Positions 1 to 10,367 of a stretch of 33,605 nt of DNA are shown here, one piece after another. The position numbers were made by a program, and so were the translations under genes. Every line of letters begins with the position of its first letter. The stretch's first letter is position 1. Where the stretch lies: positions 1 through 33,605 of the forward strand of contig CASDRW010000085.1 of NCBI GenBank assembly GCA_949283275.1, read 5' to 3'. The notes below the pieces were generated by a model, which was given only the letters and a program-made list of their open reading frames with translations, was not told the DNA's origin and searched no databases. Source of the stretch: an uncultured Pseudomonadota bacterium. GTDB taxonomy: Bacteria > Pseudomonadota > Alphaproteobacteria > RF32 > CAG-239.

Positions 1-161
1 GGAAAGTTTTCCGCCCATTGGGCAACATCTTGCCAATCTTTTGGCGAAGTTGCCGCGCAAACTACTTTAACAAAACCCAAATTACGCAAATCGGAAATAA
101 TTTGCTGGGCATCTTTTGCCTTATATGCTTGCAAATGAAGATGAGAATCGATAAATTGCAT
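1..161 (-). CDS. TatD-family hydrolase, N-terminal part (runs off window start)
   Basis: Manual translation from ATG at 161: MQFIDSHLHLQAYKAKDAQQIISDLRNLGFVKVVCAATSPKDWQDVAQWAENF. The N-terminal (I)DSHxH metal-binding motif is typical of TatD. Not in the ORF track. Confidence 0.8.
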   Translation of the reverse strand, partial: MQFIDSHLHLQAYKAKDAQQIISDLRNLGFVKVVCAATSPKDWQDVAQWAENF

Positions 162-211
162 TTTAACTCGTTTAGTTTAATGAAACTTTTGTCAAGGGAT
201 GATAAGCAATT

Positions 212-1303
212 ATGAGTATTTTGACAAGACCGATTTTGGAAATAAATCTTAACAACCTGCTTGAGAACTATTTTATGCTGGCCAAACTGGCTCATACTGC
301 CGTTCCGGCTGCAGTGGTAAAAGATGACGCTTATGGTTTGGGCGCTGAAATCGTGGCAAAGATGCTTTATGATAAAGCAAATTGCCGCCATTTCTTTGTG
401 GCTCATGCCGTTGAGGGACAGAAAATAACCAAGCTTGTACCTGAGGCCACAATCTTTGTCTTACAAGGTGTGGGCGAGGATTCAATTGAGGTTTTTAAAT
501 CATCGCCCAAGCTTATTCCTGTAATCAGCTCGCCTTTGGTGTTGCAATTTTGGCTTAGAAACAGACCTGATGACCGCAAACCGGCAATTCAGATTGAGAC
601 CGGACTTAACCGTTTGGGCTTTAGGGAAGATGAGCTTGCCGCTTTAAGCTCACAAGAGCTTGAGGTGTTTGGAATGGTTATGTCGCATTTGGCTTGCGGC
701 GACGAAAAAGATCATTTTATGAATGCACACCAGATAGAAAATTTTGAAAGGCTTAAAAAAAATTATTTTCCCAATATTTTGGGCAGCTTGTCGGCTTCTG
801 ACGGAGTGTTCTTGGGCGAAAAATTTCATCAGAACATGGTTAGACTGGGAGCGGCAATGTATGGAATTAACACGGCGCCCTATCGTCAAAATCAGATGAA
901 AAACGTGGTTTGTGTTAAAGCACCGGTTTTGCAAATTGCCAATTTGCCCAAAGGTGATTTTGTCGGCTATTCGGCAACATACCGTGCCAGCTCGGAACGT
1001 AAAATCGCCATAGTTTCAATCGGATACGGCGACGGAGTTCCTCGTTCGCTTTCCAATGTCGGCAAAATGTTTTTTAAGAACAATGACCATATTGCCGAAG
1101 CAAGAATTATCGGCAGAGTGTCTATGGACAATATAATTTGCGATGTCAGCGATGTCAAAAATTTGAATGTCGGCGACGTGGCTTATTTGGCCGGTGATTT
1201 CTATACTTTGGACGATGTGGCGCGTGATGCGGGCACCATTTCTTATGAAATTATGTCGAGACTTGGCAAAAATACCCGTTTTGATAAAAAATATATCGGT
1301 TGA
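212..1303 (+). CDS. alr: Alanine racemase
   Basis: AVVKDDAYGLG PLP-lysine motif, ETGLNRLGF, MSHLAC, VGYSATY catalytic Tyr, IGYGDG, GRVSMD, GTISYE. Confidence 0.96.
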   Translation: MSILTRPILEINLNNLLENYFMLAKLAHTAVPAAVVKDDAYGLGAEIVAKMLYDKANCRHFFVAHAVEGQKITKLVPEATIFVLQGVGEDSIEVFKSSPKLIPVISSPLVLQFWLRNRPDDRKPAIQIETGLNRLGFREDELAALSSQELEVFGMVMSHLACGDEKDHFMNAHQIENFERLKKNYFPNILGSLSASDGVFLGEKFHQNMVRLGAAMYGINTAPYRQNQMKNVVCVKAPVLQIANLPKGDFVGYSATYRASSERKIAIVSIGYGDGVPRSLSNVGKMFFKNNDHIAEARIIGRVSMDNIICDVSDVKNLNVGDVAYLAGDFYTLDDVARDAGTISYEIMSRLGKNTRFDKKYIG

Positions 1304-1317
1304 TACTAAAACACAAA

Positions 1318-1339
1318 AGCCCTTGCATTTGCAAGGGCT
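1318..1339. terminator. Intrinsic terminator-like hairpin downstream of alr
   Basis: AGCCCTTGC-ATTT-GCAAGGGCT. The A-run on the left gives the better U-tail on the minus strand. Confidence 0.7.
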
Positions 1340-1560
1340 CTCGTTTATCTGTTCCGGTCATTTGAAAAAAAACAAGCCGCTGAAGTTTATTCGGAGTGTG
1401 ATTATGGCTTGTTATTTAGTAAATGCCTGTTATGACAGATAAAAACTCTATTTTTAACCACAACCCGATTCTAATTTTGTCAAAATTTTGGCTTATTTTA
1501 ATAAATATGTCAACACATAATTATTTTATTATTAAGATATTGTGCTAAAACAACAGCTTA

Positions 1561-2070
1561 TCACTTGCTGACATTTTTGTGCTCAAAAGTGGCCGTGATA
1601 TCTGCTTTATAGGAGTCCAATTCTTCCTCATGTTCGATTTCATCATGCAAAATCTCCAAGGCCATGTTAAAAGTTACAAAATCTTTGCCGAATGTCATTT
1701 CGCAAATCTTTTGATAACGGGCAATCGCGCATCTTTCGGCAACTATGTTTTGCTCAAGCAAATTCATGATATAGGGATTTGTGGGAGCATCATACTTGCA
1801 GGCGGCCTTTTCTTGCCATTCCTTGGGATCTATCAGCGGTGTGCCTCCAAGCTCAATAATTCTTGCGGCTAATTTTTCGGCATGCGAAAGCTCTTCTTTG
1901 GCATGTTCTAAAAATTCGTCGGCTATCTTGGGACGCATCGGACCTATAGCTACTTTGGAGCCAATCCAATATTGATAATAGGCAAGCCATTCCTCGGCAT
2001 AGGCCATATTAAGCGTGGTGAGCAATTCTTCTTGGTCTACTTGTGATATTTTTTGTGCCATTTGTCCCAT
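1561..2070 (-). CDS. DPS-like (DPSL/thioferritin-type) ferritin-superfamily protein
   Basis: EEWLAYYQYW, EHAKEELSHA, RIIELGGTP, AERCAI and DEIEHE di-iron motifs. Cys pair in AACKY and ERC. GGAG RBS. Confidence 0.88.
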   Translation of the reverse strand: MGQMAQKISQVDQEELLTTLNMAYAEEWLAYYQYWIGSKVAIGPMRPKIADEFLEHAKEELSHAEKLAARIIELGGTPLIDPKEWQEKAACKYDAPTNPYIMNLLEQNIVAERCAIARYQKICEMTFGKDFVTFNMALEILHDEIEHEEELDSYKADITATFEHKNVSK

Positions 2071-2213
2071 GGTTTATCTCCTTTATAAAAAATGTTTGCC
2101 ATCAGAGTGCTAGATAATCATGTTTTGCCACAAAACAAGATTAGAGTTGCTTTTATCGGCTTTTACTTTTATGCTTATGGCATAAATTGGTTTAGCTTGC
2201 GGAGGAAAATATC

Positions 2214-2849
2214 ATGGTTAAAATTGCGCCAAGCCTTTTGGCGGCAGACTTTGCCAATCTTAAAGACGAGATTGTAAAGCTTGAAAAATGTGGTGCCGAT
2301 ATGCTGCATTTGGATGTTATGGACGGGAATTTTGTACCTAATCTTACTTTTGGACCATGTGTCATAAAAGCCATACGCCCTTATACCAAGCTTGTTTTTG
2401 ATGCCCACCTGATGGTAAAAAATCCCGATGAAATGTTAGAGTGGTTTGCTTTGGCTGGAGCTGACATAATTACCGTACATGCCGAAGTTTGTCCTCATCT
2501 CGATAAGACAATTGACGCCATCCATGCTTTGGGTTTAAAAGCCGGTGTGGCTCTTAATCCCTCAACCACGGAAAATGTTTTGGAATATGTGCTTGACAAG
2601 CTTGATTTGATTTTGGTGATGACGGTAAACCCCGGGTTCGGAGGTCAAAAATTTATGGATAATCAAGTTGCCAAAATAGCTAAAATTCGTAAATTGATAG
2701 CTAATCGTGATATATTTTTGAGTGTTGACGGAGGAATAAACCCGATGACCGCCTCTGAGGCCAAAGCAGCAGGTGCCGATATGCTGGTGGCAGGTACCGC
2801 CGTTTTTGCCGGAGGCAACTATGCCGAAAACATCAAGGCTTTAAGATAA
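2214..2849 (+). CDS. rpe: Ribulose-phosphate 3-epimerase
   Basis: IAPSLLAADF, HLDVMDGNFVPNLTFG, DAHLMV, MTVNPGFGGQ, VDGGIN. GGAGG RBS. Confidence 0.97.
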   Translation: MVKIAPSLLAADFANLKDEIVKLEKCGADMLHLDVMDGNFVPNLTFGPCVIKAIRPYTKLVFDAHLMVKNPDEMLEWFALAGADIITVHAEVCPHLDKTIDAIHALGLKAGVALNPSTTENVLEYVLDKLDLILVMTVNPGFGGQKFMDNQVAKIAKIRKLIANRDIFLSVDGGINPMTASEAKAAGADMLVAGTAVFAGGNYAENIKALR

Positions 2850-2856
2850 TTTTAAC
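2841..2856 (+). promoter_or_regulatory. CtrA-like binding box upstream of phoB
   Basis: TTAA-GATAATT-TTAAC, an exact TTAA-N7-TTAAC match. The AT-rich context makes a chance hit possible. Confidence 0.35.
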
Positions 2857-2906
2857 AAAACACGTTATAGGCTTGAGGTTATAATTCAACGTGGAGATAC
2901 AACGTC

Positions 2907-3629
2907 ATGAAACATTTGATTATGGTTGTGGAAGATGAAGATGCTCTAGCCTTGATGCTTAAGTATAATCTGGAAAAAGAAGGATATGATGTCTTGGTGG
3001 AACCAAGAGGCAATAAAGCTTTGGCCGAGGTGGAGAAAAACCAACCCTCGGTAATTTTGCTTGATTGGATGCTGCCGGAAATATCCGGGGTTGAAATTTG
3101 CAAACTAATTCGCTCTAAGCCAGATATTAAAAATATTCCTATCATCATGCTGACGGCCAAAGGCGAGGAAGAGGACAAAGTTAAAGGTTTGTCTGCCGGC
3201 GCCGATGATTATGTTACCAAGCCGTTTTCTGTGCCCGAGTTGTTGGCAAGAGTTAAGACCCAGCTTCGACGCGCTCCGGAACCTCAGATTGAAAAAGAAA
3301 TTGTCTTTGAAGATATCAGGATGGATTTGGTTGAGAAAAAGGTGTTTCGCGGTGATAACTATATCCATCTGGGGCCGACCGAATTTCGTTTGCTTAAGAT
3401 GCTGATGGAAACACCGGGAAAAGTTTTTTCGCGCGAGTTCTTGCTTAAAAATGTTTGGGGCAACAATATTTATGTCGAATCGCGTACGGTTGACGTGCAT
3501 ATAAGAAGATTGCGCCGCGCACTCAATGATTTTGGACCGGATTACATAAGAACCGTGAGAGCAACCGGTTATGCCATTGATACCAACTTTGCTGATGATA
3601 CCGGGACAGAGAGCGACGAGGAGGCTTAA
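2907..3629 (+). CDS. phoB: Phosphate regulon response regulator PhoB (OmpR/PhoB family)
   Basis: VVEDE, ILLDWMLP, IIMLTAKGEEEDKVKGL, GADDYVTKPFS, IHLGPTEFRLL, YVESRTVDVHIRRLR, IRTVRATGY. Confidence 0.9.
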   Translation: MKHLIMVVEDEDALALMLKYNLEKEGYDVLVEPRGNKALAEVEKNQPSVILLDWMLPEISGVEICKLIRSKPDIKNIPIIMLTAKGEEEDKVKGLSAGADDYVTKPFSVPELLARVKTQLRRAPEPQIEKEIVFEDIRMDLVEKKVFRGDNYIHLGPTEFRLLKMLMETPGKVFSREFLLKNVWGNNIYVESRTVDVHIRRLRRALNDFGPDYIRTVRATGYAIDTNFADDTGTESDEEA

Positions 3630-3679
3630 ATCCCTTGCTTTTATCTTTTTTTGGTAGCATTATCTATCCTAAAAGATAA

Positions 3680-4816
<1,137 letters not shown>

Positions 4817-4819
4817 TTT

Positions 4820-5731
4820 ATGGAAGAAAATACCAAAAAAAGTAATTTGAGAGTTTGTGTTTCGGGCGGGCATGCTTCGGGCAATGATCCGCTCTATGAG
4901 CAAGAAACCTATGAAATGGGGCGCTTGATTGTCAAAATGGGCTTTTGTCTTGACTACGGTTTCTCCAACTCCGGTGTTATGGGGGCGGTGGCTAAAGGTG
5001 TATTGGACGAGTGGGAAGAAAGAAAAAAGGAGGATTATTCCGATGTCAGCCCGATTATAGGTATTACCACTCAGGAATACTATGATTTGTACGAAAAAGA
5101 CGCCATGCTTGAAAAAGTTACCAATGTGGTGTTGACCGACACTATTGAAAACCGCAAGAAAAAACTGTTTGATGCCGATATCATTGTGTTTGCACCAGGC
5201 GGTGTGGGGACTTTGGATGAGCTCGCCTATGACTGTGTGGCCATGCAAGACGGATTTATCAAGACCAAACCTTTTATCATTTATAATATTAACGGCTTTT
5301 TCTACCATATTTTGGAACATTTGAAAGAAATGGTTAAATCCGGTTTTGCTCAGCCCATTCCTTTTATTGTGGTGGATAACAACCAAGAGCTTGAGATTGC
5401 TTTTCGTCTGTTTAAGTTGCGGTATAATGACTGCGAAAGTTTTAAGGAAGCCTATTATCACGCCAGACAGTTGGCTTATGAGCTGCCCTATTTTATTAAG
5501 AAAAAAGTCGGAGATGTTTGGGTTGAACACATCATTGCCGAAATGTCCGAAATTGAAATGAACGGCACAATAGAGCAAAAAAGAGCCCTGCATGACGAAA
5601 TTGAAAAAGCATATCTTGAAAAAGAGATTGAACGGATGTATGACCGTTTGGCCAAAGCCGGACGTGATACGGCTGTTGTCAGCGACAAGCTTACCAAATT
5701 GAAAAATTCACGCAAAAATAAGCTCTCTTAA
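4820..5731 (+). CDS. LOG-family (phosphoribohydrolase) protein with C-terminal helical extension
   Basis: GVMGAVAKG, IENRK and the PGGVGTLDE signature, then INGFF and ~110 extra residues. Confidence 0.85.
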   Translation: MEENTKKSNLRVCVSGGHASGNDPLYEQETYEMGRLIVKMGFCLDYGFSNSGVMGAVAKGVLDEWEERKKEDYSDVSPIIGITTQEYYDLYEKDAMLEKVTNVVLTDTIENRKKKLFDADIIVFAPGGVGTLDELAYDCVAMQDGFIKTKPFIIYNINGFFYHILEHLKEMVKSGFAQPIPFIVVDNNQELEIAFRLFKLRYNDCESFKEAYYHARQLAYELPYFIKKKVGDVWVEHIIAEMSEIEMNGTIEQKRALHDEIEKAYLEKEIERMYDRLAKAGRDTAVVSDKLTKLKNSRKNKLS

Positions 5732-5784
5732 ACAAATTTTAAGTCAATTGCTTATACACTCTCTTTATAATCGGGGAGAAGTGG

Positions 5785-7008
5785 GTGTTAAATATTATCT
5801 GGGCCGGATTTTTTATCTTTGCAATAGTGTCGGCAATATGGCAATCATTGGCCGGCAACTGGGATGTCTGGCCTAAAATAACCGAAAGTTTGTTTGCCAG
5901 TGCCGATAGCGGATTTAAGATTGCGCTTAATCTTACCGGTGTTTTATGCTTTTGGCTTGGATGTCTTAAAATTGCCGAAAAATCAGGATTGACCGATTTG
6001 TTGGCTAAAGCTTTGTATCCTTTGTTTTATAAAATTATGCCCGATGTGCCTAAAAAATCGCCGGCTTTTGGCTCTATGGTGATGAATATGGCGGCCAATA
6101 TCTTGGGCCTTGATAATGCGGCAACCCCTATGGGGCTTAAAGCAATGGAGCAATTGCAACAAGTTAACCCACACAAAGACCAGGCTTCAAATGCGATGAT
6201 TTTATTTATGGTGATTAACTCATCCTCGGTAACGCTTATTCCGATTACGATTTTGATGTATCGTTATCAGATGGGATCGGTTAATCCGGCTGCGGTATTT
6301 ATCCCTATTTTGCTGGCTACTTCCATATCTACACTTACGGGTTTTTTGGCCACCGTATGTTGGCAAAGAATAAATATATTTAATCGGGTGGTGATGGCCT
6401 ATCTTGGGTGTGGAGTGGCTTTAATTGCCGCTATTGCCTGGGGATTTGCCTTAATGGATGTACAAACCAGAACCCAGGTTTCTTATATTGCAAGCAATGT
6501 TATTTTAGCCTCTTTGGCGGTCGGGTTTATAATTTCCGGACTGGCCCGAAAACTAAATATTTATGAATTATTTATCGACGGGGCAAAAGAGGGATTTAAA
6601 ATTGCGGTGCAAATTATACCTTATTTGGTGGCGATGCTTGCGGCAATAGGAGTATTCAGAGCATCGGGCGGGCTTGATTATATCTGCTCGGCTTTGGGTT
6701 TATTGTTTGAAAAAATGGGACTTAACACCGATTTTGTGGCCGCTTTGCCTACCGCTTTGATGAAACCGTTATCGGGCAGCGGCGCAAGAGCCATGATGCT
6801 TGATACTTTTCAAGCTTATGGCGTGGACAGTTTTGCCGGGTTTACGGCGTCAATCATCCAGGGTTCTACCGAAACGACTTTTTATGTGTTGGCGGTTTAT
6901 TTCGGAGCGGTCAAAATAAGCAAAACAAAAGCGGCGCTTCCGTTGGCTTTGATTGCCGATGCGGCCGGAATAATATCTGCCATATGTTTGGCTTATTTAT
7001 TTTATTGA
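5785..7008 (+). CDS. Fused SpmA/SpmB nucleoside-recognition (Gate) membrane protein
   Basis: AANILGLDNAATPMGLKAM (SpmA half), KPLSGSGA and QGSTETTFYVLAVYFG (SpmB half). Many TM helices. GTG start with GGGGAG RBS. Confidence 0.9.
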   Translation: MLNIIWAGFFIFAIVSAIWQSLAGNWDVWPKITESLFASADSGFKIALNLTGVLCFWLGCLKIAEKSGLTDLLAKALYPLFYKIMPDVPKKSPAFGSMVMNMAANILGLDNAATPMGLKAMEQLQQVNPHKDQASNAMILFMVINSSSVTLIPITILMYRYQMGSVNPAAVFIPILLATSISTLTGFLATVCWQRINIFNRVVMAYLGCGVALIAAIAWGFALMDVQTRTQVSYIASNVILASLAVGFIISGLARKLNIYELFIDGAKEGFKIAVQIIPYLVAMLAAIGVFRASGGLDYICSALGLLFEKMGLNTDFVAALPTALMKPLSGSGARAMMLDTFQAYGVDSFAGFTASIIQGSTETTFYVLAVYFGAVKISKTKAALPLALIADAAGIISAICLAYLFY

Positions 7009-7017
7009 GGATAAAAA

Positions 7018-7458
7018 ATGAAAGTTTTAATACAAAGAGTTTTGGAAGCAAACGTTAGGGTTGACGGAAAAGAAGTTGCGGCGATAAATCAAGGTTTTTT
7101 GCTCCTTATCGGCATTGAAAAAGGCGATGGTAAAAATCAAGCCGAATATCTGGCCAAAAAAATCGTTAATTTGCGTATTTTTGAAGATGAAAACGGCAAA
7201 ATGAACTTATCGATTTTGGATGTGGGCGGGCAAATTTTGGCGGTCTCACAATTTACTCTGGCCGGTGATACCTCAAAAGGAAACCGCCCCGGATTTGACA
7301 GCGCGGCAAAACCTGAGGACGCCAAACCAATGTATGAATATTTCTGCCAATGTTTAAGAAATTTGGGGACAGAGGTTAAATGCGGTATTTTTCAAGCCGA
7401 AATGAAAGTCGGCCTGATAAACGATGGCCCGGTAACTTTTATGCTGGAGAGGAGATAG
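7018..7458 (+). CDS. dtd: D-aminoacyl-tRNA deacylase
   Basis: [33 protein letters not shown] motifs. Confidence 0.97.
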   Translation: MKVLIQRVLEANVRVDGKEVAAINQGFLLLIGIEKGDGKNQAEYLAKKIVNLRIFEDENGKMNLSILDVGGQILAVSQFTLAGDTSKGNRPGFDSAAKPEDAKPMYEYFCQCLRNLGTEVKCGIFQAEMKVGLINDGPVTFMLERR

Positions 7459-7461
7459 TTG

Positions 7462-8229
7462 ATGGATAACGATGAGATAAAAAAACAAACGCGCGAAATT
7501 ATTAATGAATTGGTGGAATATCCTTTTTCTCAGGCTATTGATATTTTGCCCGCCGAGCAAAAGCTAAAAGCTTTGAATCACCAGCTTCCCAATGCCATTG
7601 AACCTTTAATCGGTTTGTTGTTTGTTGATGTTATGCTCGGCAAACGCCAAGAGGCGCTTACTTTGGTTAATACGTTGTGGAGTATAGGCGGAGAATTGTC
7701 ATCTTTTTTTGAGCTGATCTTTGAAGATTGTCTGCTAAATTTGGGAGAAGTCGACAAAGCCGGTATCCTTATGCAATCAAGGCTTGCCAATATTCGTGAA
7801 AATTTGGGACACTTTTATCAAGTGATGGTTAAATATGCTTTGATATCCGGTGATTTGGCTCTTTTGAAAAAAATCGGCGATTATCCCGAAGCTTATGAGC
7901 AGGAAATGGAATTATTTGAGTTTGCCGCCAATCATGCTTTTGATTTGTCGATTAAAGACTACCGCGCAATCTGGAAAATTGTCTTGGATAATTTGAAAGA
8001 CTGTCTATGCGCCTGGGAATACAAACTGCATCCGGGTGATGAAATTGAATTGTTGCTTTATACCTCTGCCGAAAGAGAGCAAAACGAGCAACTGCAAAAT
8101 CAGATGTTTGATAAAATCAACGGCTATTTTGCCAGTATGCAAGTTGAACCTTTGGAGGATTTGTATCTAAAACTTATGAATATAAAACTGCATCCGGCAT
8201 GGATTAAAGAACAAGTCAGTGAGGAGTAA
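7462..8229 (+). CDS. Hypothetical helical (TPR-like) protein
   Basis: Long ORF directly after dtd (ATG 7462, GGAG upstream). No recognised motif. Confidence 0.75.
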   Translation: MDNDEIKKQTREIINELVEYPFSQAIDILPAEQKLKALNHQLPNAIEPLIGLLFVDVMLGKRQEALTLVNTLWSIGGELSSFFELIFEDCLLNLGEVDKAGILMQSRLANIRENLGHFYQVMVKYALISGDLALLKKIGDYPEAYEQEMELFEFAANHAFDLSIKDYRAIWKIVLDNLKDCLCAWEYKLHPGDEIELLLYTSAEREQNEQLQNQMFDKINGYFASMQVEPLEDLYLKLMNIKLHPAWIKEQVSEE

Positions 8230-9184
8230 TCACCGACTTAGACCTTTTATCCAAATTTTCTATCTTGATTTTGGGCAATAATTTTTCTAATCCGGCAGAA
8301 AAGAGTTTTTTGGTCAGATCCGAGGCTACCTTTTGAGCATCATCCTCAGCATTAAATAAAACAAAGCGATTTTGATGTTCGGTTATGGTTTCTGATGTTA
8401 AAGTATCGGTAAGCTCCAATACCGCAACTATCTGCATACGGCTGGTTTGAGAATTAATATTGTCAACTCTGGCTTTAAGTACTTTGGTATTTAGGATATA
8501 ATCGGGATTGTCGAGCCGGGCAATTACTTTGATGCCGGGATTTGCAATCAAATCATGTTCCAGATGCGAGAAAAAACCGTTGGTAGAAGTGCCATCATAA
8601 AATTCTGTTTTATCTACAAAAACCTTGGCAAAAACATCTTTAGAGGCTAAATTTTGTTTATTAACCGGTTTTTCCTCTGCCTGTGGGGTCGAGCTTTCAT
8701 AGGCTATTTCTTGATTGATTACTATCTCGGGTTTGGGCGGAATGGTAATGTTAACCTCTGATGATAAATTTTCCTCTTCAATCGTTAAAGCTTCTTCTTG
8801 GGGAGAAAGCCCTGAAAATACCTCGGCAACCGCTGTTGCCGGAAGATATGCGCTTATTTCGACACAGACAGACGTTTCATCATTGGATGAGGTAATTTTC
8901 ATATCTTCAAGGTAATTGTCAATCAGGCGATAGACCCCGAGATTAAAATCATGAGTAGTTAGGCTATCTTTATATGCACTAAGCTCCGGAATTGTTTCTA
9001 CCGCTTTAAATGAGGTTTTATCAACCGCTCTTATACGCGCTGATGACCTGCTCTCGCCATTTATCATCGGCTCACAGGATGAAGCAAAAACCGATATTTC
9101 TTGCGGATTATCTTCTACCTGAGCTTGAGAAGCAAAGGACGTCAATAAAAAAACAACAAGTAAAAATAGGTCTTGATTTTTCAT
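8216..9184 (-). CDS. Hypothetical exported protein
   Basis: Sec signal peptide ending ASQA, then two apparent domains separated by an acidic/Pro linker. Abuts the upstream lipoprotein gene. Confidence 0.8.
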   Translation of the reverse strand: MKNQDLFLLVVFLLTSFASQAQVEDNPQEISVFASSCEPMINGESRSSARIRAVDKTSFKAVETIPELSAYKDSLTTHDFNLGVYRLIDNYLEDMKITSSNDETSVCVEISAYLPATAVAEVFSGLSPQEEALTIEEENLSSEVNITIPPKPEIVINQEIAYESSTPQAEEKPVNKQNLASKDVFAKVFVDKTEFYDGTSTNGFFSHLEHDLIANPGIKVIARLDNPDYILNTKVLKARVDNINSQTSRMQIVAVLELTDTLTSETITEHQNRFVLFNAEDDAQKVASDLTKKLFSAGLEKLLPKIKIENLDKRSKSVITPH

Positions 9185-9784
9185 CTACCACCAGCTTCTA
9201 TCGTCGTTTTGAACCTGCCTTATGGTATCTTGCCAAAATCCAAGCTTTTTGCCGGCGGCATCATAAAGCTCCATACGATAAATAATGACGGGAAGCTCCG
9301 GTGTGTTGATATTGTTTATTGAACTTTGCAATACATAAGAAGCTTGTTCTTTATCGGCAACTATGTTGAACATCTTTGAGCCGTACAAAATATCTTTAGC
9401 CGCCTTTTCCGCAGCATAGCTTCCTTCCGGCAAATAGCGGTCTATTTGAACCATGTCGGCAATATATAAAGGAGCCTGTTTATCTGAAGCAAAAAGTGCC
9501 GGAGCTTCGGAAAGCATTTTGTTGGCAGTGCGAGTGGCAACAATACTGTAGTCTTGCGGCTTTATGTTTATATCGGCAGCAGCATATCTGTCGCCGCGTT
9601 TGGCCAGATAATAGCCGGATAAGGTTGCGGCATTGTCTTCATAATTGACATATTCGGCTTCGGAATATTGAATATCCGTGCTGTTTTTGCTGCCATTAAA
9701 GAAACTGAGCAACGTTGAATCTGATGTGTTGCTACATCCGGAAAATAACAAAATACTAGTCAAAACTAAAATATATTTTTTCAT
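9185..9784 (-). CDS. Putative lipoprotein
   Basis: MKK + hydrophobic stretch + FSGC lipobox. GGAG RBS. Confidence 0.82.
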   Translation of the reverse strand: MKKYILVLTSILLFSGCSNTSDSTLLSFFNGSKNSTDIQYSEAEYVNYEDNAATLSGYYLAKRGDRYAAADINIKPQDYSIVATRTANKMLSEAPALFASDKQAPLYIADMVQIDRYLPEGSYAAEKAAKDILYGSKMFNIVADKEQASYVLQSSINNINTPELPVIIYRMELYDAAGKKLGFWQDTIRQVQNDDRSWW

Positions 9785-9929
9785 ACAAACACTCTCCTGC
9801 CAACCCCTTATGGATTAAATATAACGATATTGCTAAAAAATGAAAATTATATTTCTTACTTATTCACTATTTGCTTTTTTATTTAATTTGAGTTAGAGTT
9901 TCAATCAAATATGATGGAGATTTGTATTT

Positions 9930-10367
9930 ATGACTATAGCTTTTACCTTTATTCTACTTGGGTTGGCAGCGCTTATCTATCCTTTGCGCAAAAACCGCTT
10001 TTATATTTTAAATTCTGCCATTATTATCGGAATGGCATATTTTATTGAGACACATTATTTCAGAGTGCAAAATATTTTTTCTTATAGAATTCTTCTGCTT
10101 TTTGCAGTGTTTCAAATTATAACCATAAATATTACTACTTTTATCGCTTACGGAATTGACAAGCTGGCGGCAATCAGAAATGATTGGCGCGTGCCGGAGA
10201 GTGATTTGCATATGTTAGAGTTTTTGGGCGGTTGGATCGGCGCTTTTGTTGCGCAAAAATTGTTTCGCCACAAAACAGCTAAAAAAAGCTTTCAAAATAT
10301 GTATAAGTTGATGATTGTATTGGAATTTGTCGCTGTTTGGCTATTTATTAAGTTTCTTAAATTATAG
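9930..10367 (+). CDS. DUF1294-family membrane protein
   Basis: TFIAYGIDKLAA, WRVPESDL, LGGWIGA, FRHKTAK signature. Confidence 0.9.
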   Translation: MTIAFTFILLGLAALIYPLRKNRFYILNSAIIIGMAYFIETHYFRVQNIFSYRILLLFAVFQIITINITTFIAYGIDKLAAIRNDWRVPESDLHMLEFLGGWIGAFVAQKLFRHKTAKKSFQNMYKLMIVLEFVAVWLFIKFLKL

